A DNA stretch of 64,000 nt from contig OY761158.1 in NCBI GenBank assembly GCA_963664405.1, forward strand, positions 640,001 through 704,000. The letters run 5' to 3'. The translations under genes and the position numbers were made by a program. Below are positions 10,747 through 20,096 of this stretch, piece after piece (position 1 is the stretch's first letter; each line of letters begins with the position of its first letter). Origin of the DNA: Thermoanaerobaculia bacterium. GTDB taxonomy: Bacteria; Acidobacteriota; Thermoanaerobaculia; Multivoradales; Multivoraceae. The notes under the pieces are model-generated. The model was given only the letters and a program-made list of their open reading frames with translations. It ran no database searches and was not told the DNA's origin.

Positions 10747-13177
10747 CCAATGCCCTTAGGCGCTTCACCTCCTCCGGCGAGTAGCCGAGGAGCTCCTCGA
10801 GGATCTCGTGGTTGTGCTCGCCGAGAAGCGGTGCGGGGCTGTCCGGGGGCGGCGCGTCACTCATCTTCCAGGGGGCACCGACCAGCTCGAGATCACCCAA
10901 CTCAGGGTGAGCCACGGTGACGAAAGAGCCCCTCTCGCGAAGCTGTCGATCGGCATACAGGTCCCGAGCGTTCCGCGACGGAGCGACCGCCAAGCCGGCC
11001 TCTTCGAACTTGGCGACCATCCAATCGCGGTCGCGGTCGCGCGTCCACTCTTCGATCAGGCGATCCAGCTCGGCCTCGTTCTTCTTGCGCGCGCCGCGGG
11101 TCGAGAAGCGGTCATCGACCGCCAGCTCCGCCTGTCCCAGAGCCTTCGCAAGGCGAAAGAACTCGTCGTCGTCGCGAATCTCGAGAGCAATCCAACGGTC
11201 CGTACCCCAAGCGGCATAGACACCGTGCGGTGCATACACCGGATGGGCGTTCCCCATCCGCTCGGGGACCTGGCCGGTCATCTCGAAGCCGAGCAGGAGA
11301 TCCCCGAGGATCGAACAAGCCCCCTCGCTCTGCGAAAAGTCGATGAACTGGCCCTCACCGGTGCGGCGGCGATGGTGAAGCGCAGCGAGCAGAGAGACCG
11401 CGAGAGTCATCGCGTTGAGGAGGTCTACGTCACCACCGCTATGGCAGGGATGGCTGTCTGGGTAACCCGTCACATAGGCCCCGCCGCCGAGGCCCTGGTG
11501 GACCGAGGCGAAGCCGAGATAGTTTCGCTCGGGGCCGACATGCCCACGCCCGGAGGACGACGCGACGATGATGTCCTCGCGTTGGCGACGAAGGTCGTCA
11601 TAGCCAAGACCCAGCTTGGCGAGCGCACCCGGGCGCATATTGTCGACCACCAGATCTGAGGTCGCGGCCAACCGACGAGCGATCTCGACACCCTCGTCCT
11701 GGGAAAGGTCCACGGCAAGACTCTTCTTGTAGAGATTGACCGAATTGAAGGCCATCCCCTGATTGGGCGGAATGTGCCGAGGAGCGGGCTCTGGCAGAGG
11801 CCAGTTGACACTGCGCCGCATCAGGTCCGTTCGTCGATGACCTTCGACCTTGATTACTTCGGCACCGAGACTGGCGAGAAGCATGCCGGCATAGGGCCCT
11901 GCCCAAACCCAACAGAGCTCGGCAACACGGATTCCAGCGAGAGGAAGTGAAGGGGCCGACGGTGGAGCGACAGCTGCCTTTTTCGGTCCAGTGCCGGCTA
12001 CGGACCTCTCGGCCCTCACTTCCTCGTCGTGCTCTCCGAGGAGCGGAGCGGGCCGCCCCGGGCGTGGCGGAGAAGCGGCCATACGGTAGGGGGATCCCGC
12101 ATAGCGGTGGCGGCCGGCTCGCGGGTGCTCGACCTCGACAAAGAAATCTCTGGCCTCGAATTGCGGGTTCGCCATGACGTCCGCGGCCGACGCGATAGGA
12201 CCGATTGGGATCCCCTTCTTGGCGGCGCGATGATGCACCTCATCCTTCGCCTGTCCCAGCATCCACTCCTCGATCTTGGCAGCGATCTCCATGAGGTGGT
12301 GCGCTCGGTAGGACATCGATCTCCACTCCTCACCGGCACACCAGTCCGGGTTGCCGATAAGGTCGCGAAAAGCGTCGAAGTGGTGATCGTCGAAAGCATT
12401 CACGATCACATAGCCGTCTCGGGTCTGGAGCCGACCCATCGCGGGGGGTCGGTCAGGCACTCGGCTCCAGGTGGTGTCCTGATAACGATTCAACGCAACC
12501 AGCGGGGCCACCAGCGCGAGCGACACTTCTTGTACCGAGATGTCGATCAGTCGACCTCGAGAGTCGTTCTCGCGCCCGTACAGAGCGCCAAGAGTGGCGA
12601 GAGCCGCGACCACGCCGGCAGTGTGCTCGAGCTGCCAGCCTCCTAGCTTCACCGGAGCCCGGTTGACGCTGTCGGAGCGACTGGGAAGTAAGTTCGCGAG
12701 CCCGCCCGCGTGACTCACCGTCAACTCGCCACCCGGGACATGAGCCCGAGGACCCGAACGGCCATAGGGAGTAATCGTGGTGCGGACCAACGACGGATTG
12801 AGAGCACGAAGAGCCTCGGCTCCTAGCTCAAGGCCCTCGAGCGTCCCCGGCTCGAGGCTGTCTACCAGCACATCCGCCGATTCGAGCAGACCCCGTAGAG
12901 TGCCAAGATCCTCCGCGCTCCTAAAGTCGCAGCACACACTCCGCTTGCCCGTGTTGTTATAAAGAAAGAGCGGGCTGACCTCCTCATCTTCTTCGACTCC
13001 GAAGGGATCTATCCGGCGCGATGGATCTCCCTCGGCCGACTCCACTTTCACTACCTCAGCGCCGAAGTCGGCGAGAAGCTTGGCGCAGTACGGCGCCGCG
13101 ACCATGGTCCCTAGCTCGACGAGCGTCACCCCATCCAAAGCCTTTGCCGTCAACGATATTCTCCCTTCTTGGTCCAA
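10733..13177 (-). CDS. CaiB/BaiF family III CoA-transferase with two fused domains
   Basis: Two repeats of the AxPY..xLLA..GAEVxKVE ... APLLGEH architecture in 814 aa. Confidence 0.9.
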   Translation of the reverse strand: MDQEGRISLTAKALDGVTLVELGTMVAAPYCAKLLADFGAEVVKVESAEGDPSRRIDPFGVEEDEEVSPLFLYNNTGKRSVCCDFRSAEDLGTLRGLLESADVLVDSLEPGTLEGLELGAEALRALNPSLVRTTITPYGRSGPRAHVPGGELTVSHAGGLANLLPSRSDSVNRAPVKLGGWQLEHTAGVVAALATLGALYGRENDSRGRLIDISVQEVSLALVAPLVALNRYQDTTWSRVPDRPPAMGRLQTRDGYVIVNAFDDHHFDAFRDLIGNPDWCAGEEWRSMSYRAHHLMEIAAKIEEWMLGQAKDEVHHRAAKKGIPIGPIASAADVMANPQFEARDFFVEVEHPRAGRHRYAGSPYRMAASPPRPGRPAPLLGEHDEEVRAERSVAGTGPKKAAVAPPSAPSLPLAGIRVAELCWVWAGPYAGMLLASLGAEVIKVEGHRRTDLMRRSVNWPLPEPAPRHIPPNQGMAFNSVNLYKKSLAVDLSQDEGVEIARRLAATSDLVVDNMRPGALAKLGLGYDDLRRQREDIIVASSSGRGHVGPERNYLGFASVHQGLGGGAYVTGYPDSHPCHSGGDVDLLNAMTLAVSLLAALHHRRRTGEGQFIDFSQSEGACSILGDLLLGFEMTGQVPERMGNAHPVYAPHGVYAAWGTDRWIALEIRDDDEFFRLAKALGQAELAVDDRFSTRGARKKNEAELDRLIEEWTRDRDRDWMVAKFEEAGLAVAPSRNARDLYADRQLRERGSFVTVAHPELGDLELVGAPWKMSDAPPPDSPAPLLGEHNHEILEELLGYSPEEVKRLRALDVLP

Positions 13178-13217
13178 CCGGAACTCTACCCCACGGCCGC
13201 CCGGCCGCCGACTCGCA

Positions 13218-13246
13218 TTGCCAGCCCTCTGCCGATCTCCTACTAT
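13218..13246 (+). promoter_or_regulatory. Sigma70-like promoter, probably leaderless
   Basis: TTGCCA-N17-TACTAT ending 8 nt before the GTG at 13255. Confidence 0.55.
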
Positions 13247-13254
13247 AAAACTCG

Positions 13255-13728
13255 GTGTCCCGACCCCATCTCATCTCGCTCCCCTCCCTTCTTCTCGTGG
13301 GCGCTGCGTTGTGGCTATCAAGCCTCTTCGCAGCCCCTCTGGCCACTCACCTCGGTTTTTTCGGCGCTCCCCTCTTGTACGCGATCTTCGACCCCCTCTG
13401 TCATCAGATCGCCGAGCGCAGCTTTCACTTCTGGGGCGAGCCCCTCGCGGTCTGCCATCGCTGCGCGGGGCTCTACAGCGGGGTCGTCCTCGGTCTCCTT
13501 CTCTGGCCTCGGCTGCACAGATCTCGAGCCCTCTTGCTCGAGCGGGGCCGTTGGATCCTGCTCTTCTTCGCGCCCATGGCGATCGACGTGGCGCTCCCCT
13601 GGAATACCGAATGGACCCGCTTCACGACCGGGTGTATCGCTTCTTTTCCGGTCGCACTTCTCTTGCTCGTAGCTGTCGAGCAGCTCAGCATCGACCAACT
13701 ACGCCTCGCCCCAAGGAGGGAACAATGA
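13255..13728 (+). CDS. DUF2085-domain membrane protein
   Basis: LCHQIAERSF and AVCHRCAGLYSG motifs, hydrophobic helices. Confidence 0.8.
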   Translation: MSRPHLISLPSLLLVGAALWLSSLFAAPLATHLGFFGAPLLYAIFDPLCHQIAERSFHFWGEPLAVCHRCAGLYSGVVLGLLLWPRLHRSRALLLERGRWILLFFAPMAIDVALPWNTEWTRFTTGCIASFPVALLLLVAVEQLSIDQLRLAPRREQ

Positions 13729-14222
13729 CCGATGACACCAATGCCAAGCTCAAGCCCGCCCTCATCGGAGGGGTCAGCCTGGGGGTCGCCTCAGCGATTC
13801 CCATCGTCAACTGGTTGAACTGCGCCTGCTGTGCCCTGGTCGTTGGCGGAGGCGTTCTCGCCTCTTACATGTATATGAAAGATCAACCTCCATCGGCGCG
13901 ACCACCCTACGGCGACGGCGCGATCGTCGGTCTTCTGGCAGGCATTATTGGAGCCGTCGTGGGCAGTGTGGTGCAGATTCCTTTCACCATGTTCTCCGCA
14001 AGCCTGGGCATGTTCTCGGGTATCGAGTCCGCGCTCGAAGAGGCCGGTGCTCCCGAACAGGTGACCGAGATCCTCTCGGGGCTCGGAGCCGGCGGTTTCG
14101 CGCTCGGTGCCATGATCGTCGGCCTCTTCTTCTCGCTCTTCATCTATTCAGCGTTCGCGACCGGCGGTGCTCTCATTGGCGTAGCCGTCTTCCACAAGAA
14201 GACCACCGACGGCGCCAGCTAG
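13725..14222 (+). CDS. Hypothetical 4-TM membrane protein with CACC motif
   Basis: RBS AGGAGG, ATGA overlap with the DUF2085 gene, PALIGG...NCACC, Gly-rich TM helices. Confidence 0.8.
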   Translation: MTDDTNAKLKPALIGGVSLGVASAIPIVNWLNCACCALVVGGGVLASYMYMKDQPPSARPPYGDGAIVGLLAGIIGAVVGSVVQIPFTMFSASLGMFSGIESALEEAGAPEQVTEILSGLGAGGFALGAMIVGLFFSLFIYSAFATGGALIGVAVFHKKTTDGAS

Positions 14223-14231
14223 CGTCGAGTT

Positions 14232-15143
14232 GTGCGAGTAGGCATCTCCATCACCTCGGCGCATCCGGTCGGGGACCCCCGCGAAGGGGCAAGCAGGATG
14301 ATCGACCGAGCACGGGCGGCAGAGGAGGCGGGCCTCGACTCGCTCTTCGTCGGCGACCACCACGCCACGCCTCGGCCCTACTACCAGAACAGCCCCATTC
14401 TCGGACGCCTCCTCGCCGAGTGGGGAGATCGCCCTTGCGGCGCCCTCTATCTCTTACCTCTCTGGCATCCGCTGCTCGTCGCTGAACAGGTAGCCACTCT
14501 TGCGGCCATCGCCCGCGGGCGCTTCATCCTCCAATGCGCGATCGGACCGGCAGATGCACAGTCTGAAGCCATGGGCGTCGACCCGAGGCATCGCCCCTCA
14601 CGCTTCGAAGAGTCTCTCAGCATCCTCCGCCGGTTGTGGGCCGGCGAAGAAGTGACCTCCACCGGGAGATGGAGCTTTCAGAACGCAAGAGTTTCGCCGC
14701 TTCCATCGCACCCGGTGCAGGTGTGGATCGGCGCCAGCGCCGAGCCGGCGATCGACCGTGCCGCCCGCCTCGGTGACGGCTGGTTGGGGGCACCCTCACT
14801 GACTCCAGCGATCGCAGAGAGCCAGCTGAGCACCTATCTAGCCTGCTGCGAACGCCACCAACGCGAGCCGGGTACAGCAGCGATCCGCCGCGACATCTAC
14901 GTCGGCGAGAGTGCCGTAGAAGCTCGTGCGACGGCGAAGCCCATCGTCGATGCCGGATATCGCGGATTCCCCGCCGAAGCTCCAGTGATCGGCTCAGCCG
15001 AAGAGGTCGCCGACGCCTTCTCTCGCCTCGGCGCCATGGGCTATACCGACATCATCGTTCGCAACCTGGTCCAGGATCCGCACAAGGCCGTCGCCTCCAC
15101 GACCAGACTTGGCGCAGTCCGCGATCTCGTCGCAGGGCTGTGA
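14232..15143 (+). CDS. LLM-class (luciferase-like) oxidoreductase
   Basis: AEEAGLDSLFVGDHH, HPLLVAEQVATL, RAARLGDGW. Confidence 0.88.
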   Translation: MRVGISITSAHPVGDPREGASRMIDRARAAEEAGLDSLFVGDHHATPRPYYQNSPILGRLLAEWGDRPCGALYLLPLWHPLLVAEQVATLAAIARGRFILQCAIGPADAQSEAMGVDPRHRPSRFEESLSILRRLWAGEEVTSTGRWSFQNARVSPLPSHPVQVWIGASAEPAIDRAARLGDGWLGAPSLTPAIAESQLSTYLACCERHQREPGTAAIRRDIYVGESAVEARATAKPIVDAGYRGFPAEAPVIGSAEEVADAFSRLGAMGYTDIIVRNLVQDPHKAVASTTRLGAVRDLVAGL

Positions 15144-15177
15144 TCCTACCGAGTCAAGAAGCAAAGGAGCCCTACCC

Positions 15178-16272
15178 ATGCCCACGCCAGCCAGAGTGGT
15201 AGTCCTTCCCGTCGCCGACGGTCCACTCGAGATCCACGACCTCCAACTCCCCGACCCTGGTGCGCGCCAAGTGGTGGCCCGCCTCCATTCGAGCGGGGTC
15301 TGTCACAGCCAGCTTCATCAAATGCACTCTCCACGACAGCAGCCCGTCGTGCTCGGGCACGAGGCCACCGGCACCATCACCGCGGTAGGTACAGAGGTCG
15401 GCCACGTGGCTGTGGGAGATCGCGTCATCGTGACCTGGGTACCGCGGGATGGGGCTCACGCCGGTCGCGCGCCGGACCCCGTTACTCTGACCCTGGCGGA
15501 CGGGTCCGAGGCTGTCTCCCAAAACGTGTTCACCTGGGCCGACCACACCCTTGCCGACGAACAGTTCGTGGTCAAGGTGCCGAAGGACACCCGAGACGAC
15601 GTGACCTGCATCATCGGTTGCGCAGTCATCACCGGAGCGGGTGCGGTCAAGAACACGGCAGCAGTGCAGGAGGGGCAGAGTGTTGCCATCTTCGGCGTCG
15701 GCGGCGTCGGCTTGTCGGCGGTTGCCGCGGCCCGCAATGCCGGAGCTGACCCGATCATCGCTGTCGATCTCGACGAAGCCAAGCTCGACTTCGCGATGCG
15801 ATTCGGCGCTACTCACAAAATCAATGCATCGACAACCAACGCCGTCGCCGCCATCCGTGAGCTGACCTCGCGCGACGACGCCTGGGACATCCGTGGCAAA
15901 CCCGTATGCGGCGCCGATTTCGCCTTCGACTGCATCGGCCTGAAGGTGACCATGGAACAGATTGTTCCGGCGGCGCGCTCGGGATCCTTCGGTGTCGAGG
16001 AGGGCGGTACCGCCGTTCTGGTCGGCGTGCCAGGGACCCGCCCCGAAATCAACGCGCTCGACCTCCTGGTCAACGAAAAGAAGTTCATCGGGTCGATCGG
16101 CGGCTCTTGCCACCCCGATCGTGACTTCCCCATCTTCCTCGACTGGTTCGAAAAGGGAGTCCTGGACCTCGATGCCCTGGTAACGGCTCGCTACACCCTC
16201 GACCAGATCAACGAAGCCACACATTGCCTTCAAGCCGGCGAGATCTTCGGCCGCGCAATCCTCGAGCTATAA
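15178..16272 (+). CDS. Zn-dependent alcohol dehydrogenase (MDR family)
   Basis: GVCHS, LGHE, GCAVITG, FGVGGVG. Confidence 0.88.
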   Translation: MPTPARVVVLPVADGPLEIHDLQLPDPGARQVVARLHSSGVCHSQLHQMHSPRQQPVVLGHEATGTITAVGTEVGHVAVGDRVIVTWVPRDGAHAGRAPDPVTLTLADGSEAVSQNVFTWADHTLADEQFVVKVPKDTRDDVTCIIGCAVITGAGAVKNTAAVQEGQSVAIFGVGGVGLSAVAAARNAGADPIIAVDLDEAKLDFAMRFGATHKINASTTNAVAAIRELTSRDDAWDIRGKPVCGADFAFDCIGLKVTMEQIVPAARSGSFGVEEGGTAVLVGVPGTRPEINALDLLVNEKKFIGSIGGSCHPDRDFPIFLDWFEKGVLDLDALVTARYTLDQINEATHCLQAGEIFGRAILEL

Positions 16273-16301
16273 GACCCCACAAGTCGCTCGCCGTCGTGCA
16301 T

Positions 16302-16419
16302 GGCCGTTCAGGGTGCCCCAGATCGCCGCAGCGCAGGAGCGAGGCGACGCAGGCGTACTCCTGTACGCCGGAGGAGCCGAGCGACGAGAACGCGGTGATT
16401 TGGGGTGCCCTGGGCGGCC
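16302..16419. repeat. Palindromic REP/MITE-like element, related in reverse orientation to those at 17301, 25312 and 31743
   Basis: 28-bp arms GGCCGTTCAGGGTGCCCCAGATCGCCGC / GCGGTGATTTGGGGTGCCCTGGGCGGCC pair with only G-U mismatches. Core GACGCAGGCGTA-n-TACGCCGGAGGAG. Confidence 0.7.
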
Positions 16420-16422
16420 GGG

Positions 16423-17220
16423 CTAGCGGCCCTGGAAGACCGGGCGGCGCTTCTCCATAAAGGCTCTTCGCCCCTCAGCGTAGTCCTCGCTCTCGAAGCA
16501 GGCTCGGACCACCTCTTCGCAGCGCTCGCGATCGAAGTCGACGCCCTTTTCTATCTCATCCACGATCGTTTTCACCGAGTGAATGGTGAGAGGAGCGTTC
16601 TCCGCGATACGACGGCAGATCTCCCGAACTTCCGCCTCGAGATCCGCGACGGGGAGAACCCGGTTCACCAACCCCATCGTGGCAGCCTCCTGGGCATTGA
16701 AGTGACGAGCCGTGAAGAAGATCTCTTTTGCAAACGAAGGACCGACCAGGTCTACCAGCGTGCGCAAACCACGGTGGTCGTAGCCAACGCCCAATCTGGC
16801 AGCGGGAATCGCGAAGGTCGAGTCCGCGGACGCCACCCGCAAATCGCAGTTGAGAGCGACGCCGAGACCTCCTCCGAGACAGTAGCCTCGAATCATCGCC
16901 ACAGTCGGGAGATTCGTCATCTTCAAGCGTCGATTCGCCTCCCCCGCGATGCGTCCGTAGTTGGACCGACTTGCCTGACTCGAGCGCTCCTTCTCGAACT
17001 GAGAAATGTCGGCACCGGAGATGAACGCTCGCTCGCCCGCACCCTTTAGAACGACGACGCGGATGCCCTCCTCCTCCTCCAAGACGTCAAAAGCCTTGGG
17101 GATGGCGTCCCACATGTCGACAGACAACGCGTTATGACGCTCAGGCTTGTTGAAAGTGACCCAACCAATCGCACCGTCTTTCTCGACCCGCACACGATCG
17201 TTGGCAAAACTAGAAGTCAC
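16423..17220 (-). CDS. Enoyl-CoA hydratase/isomerase family protein
   Basis: FNKPERHNAL, AFISGADISQF, GYCLGGG, AFMEKRRPVFQGR. Confidence 0.9.
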   Translation of the reverse strand: MTSSFANDRVRVEKDGAIGWVTFNKPERHNALSVDMWDAIPKAFDVLEEEEGIRVVVLKGAGERAFISGADISQFEKERSSQASRSNYGRIAGEANRRLKMTNLPTVAMIRGYCLGGGLGVALNCDLRVASADSTFAIPAARLGVGYDHRGLRTLVDLVGPSFAKEIFFTARHFNAQEAATMGLVNRVLPVADLEAEVREICRRIAENAPLTIHSVKTIVDEIEKGVDFDRERCEEVVRACFESEDYAEGRRAFMEKRRPVFQGR

Positions 17221-17300
17221 GACACCGGCTCCACATCTTCGAGCCAACACGCAGCGTAAGCGCCGGTGATGACGCCGACGTTGCCGCCGAGATCGAATAG

Positions 17301-17544
17301 CTAGACCAGCGTTTCCAGAGTTCGCGCACATATCTCGGCCCCTTCTGCCCGCTGCCGGCGTTGCGCCTCATCGACCTATTGCCCAATATGCCTGCGTCGG
17401 CGCGCCTCGCCCCGGAAAACGGACCTGCGGTCCGTTCTCCGGCCCATCCCCGCCTGAGAACTACTCGCCTGCTTCGCAGGCTCCTAGCCAGCGAACAGAA
17501 TGAACTCGAGCTATGCAGCACGAACTTTGGAAACGCTGGTCTAG
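17301..17544. mobile_element. MITE-like element with terminal inverted repeats and a nested insertion of about 80 bp
   Basis: CTAGACCAGCGTTTCCA ... TGGAAACGCTGGTCTAG; near-identical to 31743-31907 apart from a hairpin-rich insert at about 17410-17487. Confidence 0.8.
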
Positions 17545-17654
17545 TTAACAACTTCACTCTCTGCTTCTCCCCTGTCAGAAACGGCACCGGTCTCTCGGCT
17601 CCAGCTATTCGCCATTCTATGTCGACGCTGAAAAGGCAAAGCCGACGACCGGAC

Positions 17655-18950
17655 TCATCCTCGATTCTCGAGACTTTCGAGCAGCTCGGGGAGATCCACA
17701 GCAACGAAAGTATTGGCCCAGCTCACGACCAGAACGAGAGACACGATAGCAACCCAAACGAGGCGTCCTCGCTTCTCGCTCCGGGAGGGCACGACAACCA
17801 AACGAGCAGCGAAGACAGCGACGAAAGGCATCAGCGGGATGTGGTAGCGAGAGTGGCCGATCGTCAGCGCGTGAACTCCCATCAGCAACACAAAGAAGGA
17901 AAGGATAAGAGCCAGCTGTACTCTGTCCGGAGGCGGGCGCAGGATACCGCCGGCGACTCCCAGCAAGATGAGAAGCACGTAATACCCCCCGAAGCACACG
18001 GCCAGGCCAAGAGCCACGGCTCGGGGGATCGGCCCGATCAGACCCTGAACGGCAGCTGCTGACAGGGATCGATCGATCCGCCAGAAGCGGAGCCCATGTC
18101 GAATCGCTCTGCGAATCTTCTGGGTCGCCCGCCCTGGCTCCTGACGGGCACCGACGCCGGAGAACCCGGGGCCGGCAATGCGGTGGAAAACCGGCGCCGA
18201 GTAGCGCTTCACAACCCGCGTCGCTGCCGAGTCCACCGGCGAGAGCCGGCCGTTCAGTCGCGAGTTGCGGACGATCCACGGTGATACGACGACCGAGAAC
18301 GAAACCAGGAATGCGGCCGCAACCGCGAAGCGGCGGCGAGGAGACATCTTCGAGAGAGCGAGAACAAGAAGGATGAACAGCGGCGGATAGACTTGAAGCA
18401 CGCTCCTCGTGAGCGTGGCCAGACCCAGCACCCCAGCACCGGCGATGAGGAGAGGCCATCTCTCTTCAACAAAGAAACGCTGAAGAGCCAGGCAGCCGAG
18501 GCACAGCAAGAATGTGAATGGGACCTCGGTCAGAATCAGATTCTCGTGCCCCCACAAGGAGGGGTAAAAACCGATGAGTGCCGCCGCCCACCACCCCGTG
18601 CGGGCGTCGTAGAGACTAAGGCCGATGAGATAGACAATGCCGGCGATGCCGACTCCCATGAAGGCCTGCAACAGTCTCACGGCCTGATAATTCTGGTTAC
18701 CGAAGAGGCGGTAGACCCCGGTGACGAGGACTGGATAGAGAGGCGGCCGAATCGTCGTGGGTTTCCCGGGCTCGCGGGCGAACTCGCCGCTCTGCGCAAT
18801 CGTCACCGCGATGGTGTCGTACTCCCTCTCGTCGTAAGTGAAGGGCTCGACCCGGGCAAACCATAGCCAGGGGCCGAGGCGAGCGAGTAACATTGCCAGC
18901 ACGAGCCAGCGCAGTCTGAAAGGCGGCGAGGAACGAAGAGAGCTCTGCAC
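17655..18950 (-). CDS. ArnT/PMT-like GT-C (family 39/83) membrane glycosyltransferase
   Basis: DEREY, RPPLYP, LTE, PWIVRN and SRYHIP motifs; multi-TM. Confidence 0.8.
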   Translation of the reverse strand: MQSSLRSSPPFRLRWLVLAMLLARLGPWLWFARVEPFTYDEREYDTIAVTIAQSGEFAREPGKPTTIRPPLYPVLVTGVYRLFGNQNYQAVRLLQAFMGVGIAGIVYLIGLSLYDARTGWWAAALIGFYPSLWGHENLILTEVPFTFLLCLGCLALQRFFVEERWPLLIAGAGVLGLATLTRSVLQVYPPLFILLVLALSKMSPRRRFAVAAAFLVSFSVVVSPWIVRNSRLNGRLSPVDSAATRVVKRYSAPVFHRIAGPGFSGVGARQEPGRATQKIRRAIRHGLRFWRIDRSLSAAAVQGLIGPIPRAVALGLAVCFGGYYVLLILLGVAGGILRPPPDRVQLALILSFFVLLMGVHALTIGHSRYHIPLMPFVAVFAARLVVVPSRSEKRGRLVWVAIVSLVLVVSWANTFVAVDLPELLESLENRG

Positions 18951-19061
18951 TTGTTATAGCCGGCGCACCGGATGCTAGCAGAGGCGTTCCGGAGTCTTCG
19001 CAGCGATCCCTCGATCCTGTACATTCCCCCTACCGCCACCCCGCTCCCTCCCTAGACCCCG

Positions 19062-20096
19062 ATGACGGAAGCTCCCCCACTCCCTGAAATCGACGTGGTG
19101 ATCCCAGCCCTCAACGCGGCAGGGCACCTCCCTCAGGTCCTCCAAAGCCTCCGCGACGACCGCGGATACAAACGGATCCTCGTCGTCGACGCCGGCTCCG
19201 AGGACCAGACCGCCAACCTCGCGCGCGAGCTTGGAGCCGAGGTCCTCGAGCTGACTGATCGAGCCGGCCCGGCCCTTGCCCGAAACCACGGGGCGGCGCT
19301 CGCAACCGCCGAGCTGATTCTATTTCTGGATGCCGACTGCGTTCCAGGCTCGTCGGTGTGCGCCGACGTGAAGTGCGCCTTTGCCGAAGCCCCCGATCTC
19401 ATCGCACTCTGCGGTTCCTATGACGCCGATCCACCTGCTCCGGGGTTCTTCTCTCAGTACATGAACCTCCGCCATCACTTCACTCATCAGCACGCATCGG
19501 TTGACCCGACCTTCTGGGCCGGCTGCGGCGCCGTTCGCCGAAAGGCTTTCGAAAGTGTCGGAGGGTTCGACGCAGAGCGTTACCCCCTACCGCAGATCGA
19601 AGATATCGAGCTCGGGCTGCGACTCCGGGCCCTCGGTACCCTGCGGCTCGACCCTCAGCTTCAAGTCAAACATCTCAAGTCTTGGAGCCTCGGCTCGGTC
19701 ATCGAGACCGACATCTTCCATCGAGCTCTTCCCTGGTCTCGTCTGATCCTCGAGCGTGGTGAAATCCCTACGGATCTCAACCTCCGGGTCTCACAGCGGA
19801 GTGCGGCCGTCCTCGCCGGGCCAGCCCTACTCTCGTTGCCTTGCGGAGCCGTCGCCGCGGCCCTTGGAGCCCCGATCGTACTTCTCTCATGCCTTTCCCT
19901 GGTACTGACATCGATGCTCCTGAACTGGCCGATGCTCTCTCTCTTCCGACGCAAGCGAGGCTGGCCGTTCGCCGTCGGCGGATGGTTCTTCCACCAGGTG
20001 CACCTTCTCTACAGCGGGGTCGCCTTCCTCTTCTGTTGGCTATTCGACGAGACCGGCAGGCGCAGTGCGCAGCCGAAGAGCAGATCCCGTGACTAA
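19062..20096 (+). CDS. GT2 family glycosyltransferase with C-terminal TM helices
   Basis: VVIPALN, VVDAGSED, ARNHG, FLDAD, GGFD, EDIELG. Confidence 0.9.
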   Translation: MTEAPPLPEIDVVIPALNAAGHLPQVLQSLRDDRGYKRILVVDAGSEDQTANLARELGAEVLELTDRAGPALARNHGAALATAELILFLDADCVPGSSVCADVKCAFAEAPDLIALCGSYDADPPAPGFFSQYMNLRHHFTHQHASVDPTFWAGCGAVRRKAFESVGGFDAERYPLPQIEDIELGLRLRALGTLRLDPQLQVKHLKSWSLGSVIETDIFHRALPWSRLILERGEIPTDLNLRVSQRSAAVLAGPALLSLPCGAVAAALGAPIVLLSCLSLVLTSMLLNWPMLSLFRRKRGWPFAVGGWFFHQVHLLYSGVAFLFCWLFDETGRRSAQPKSRSRD

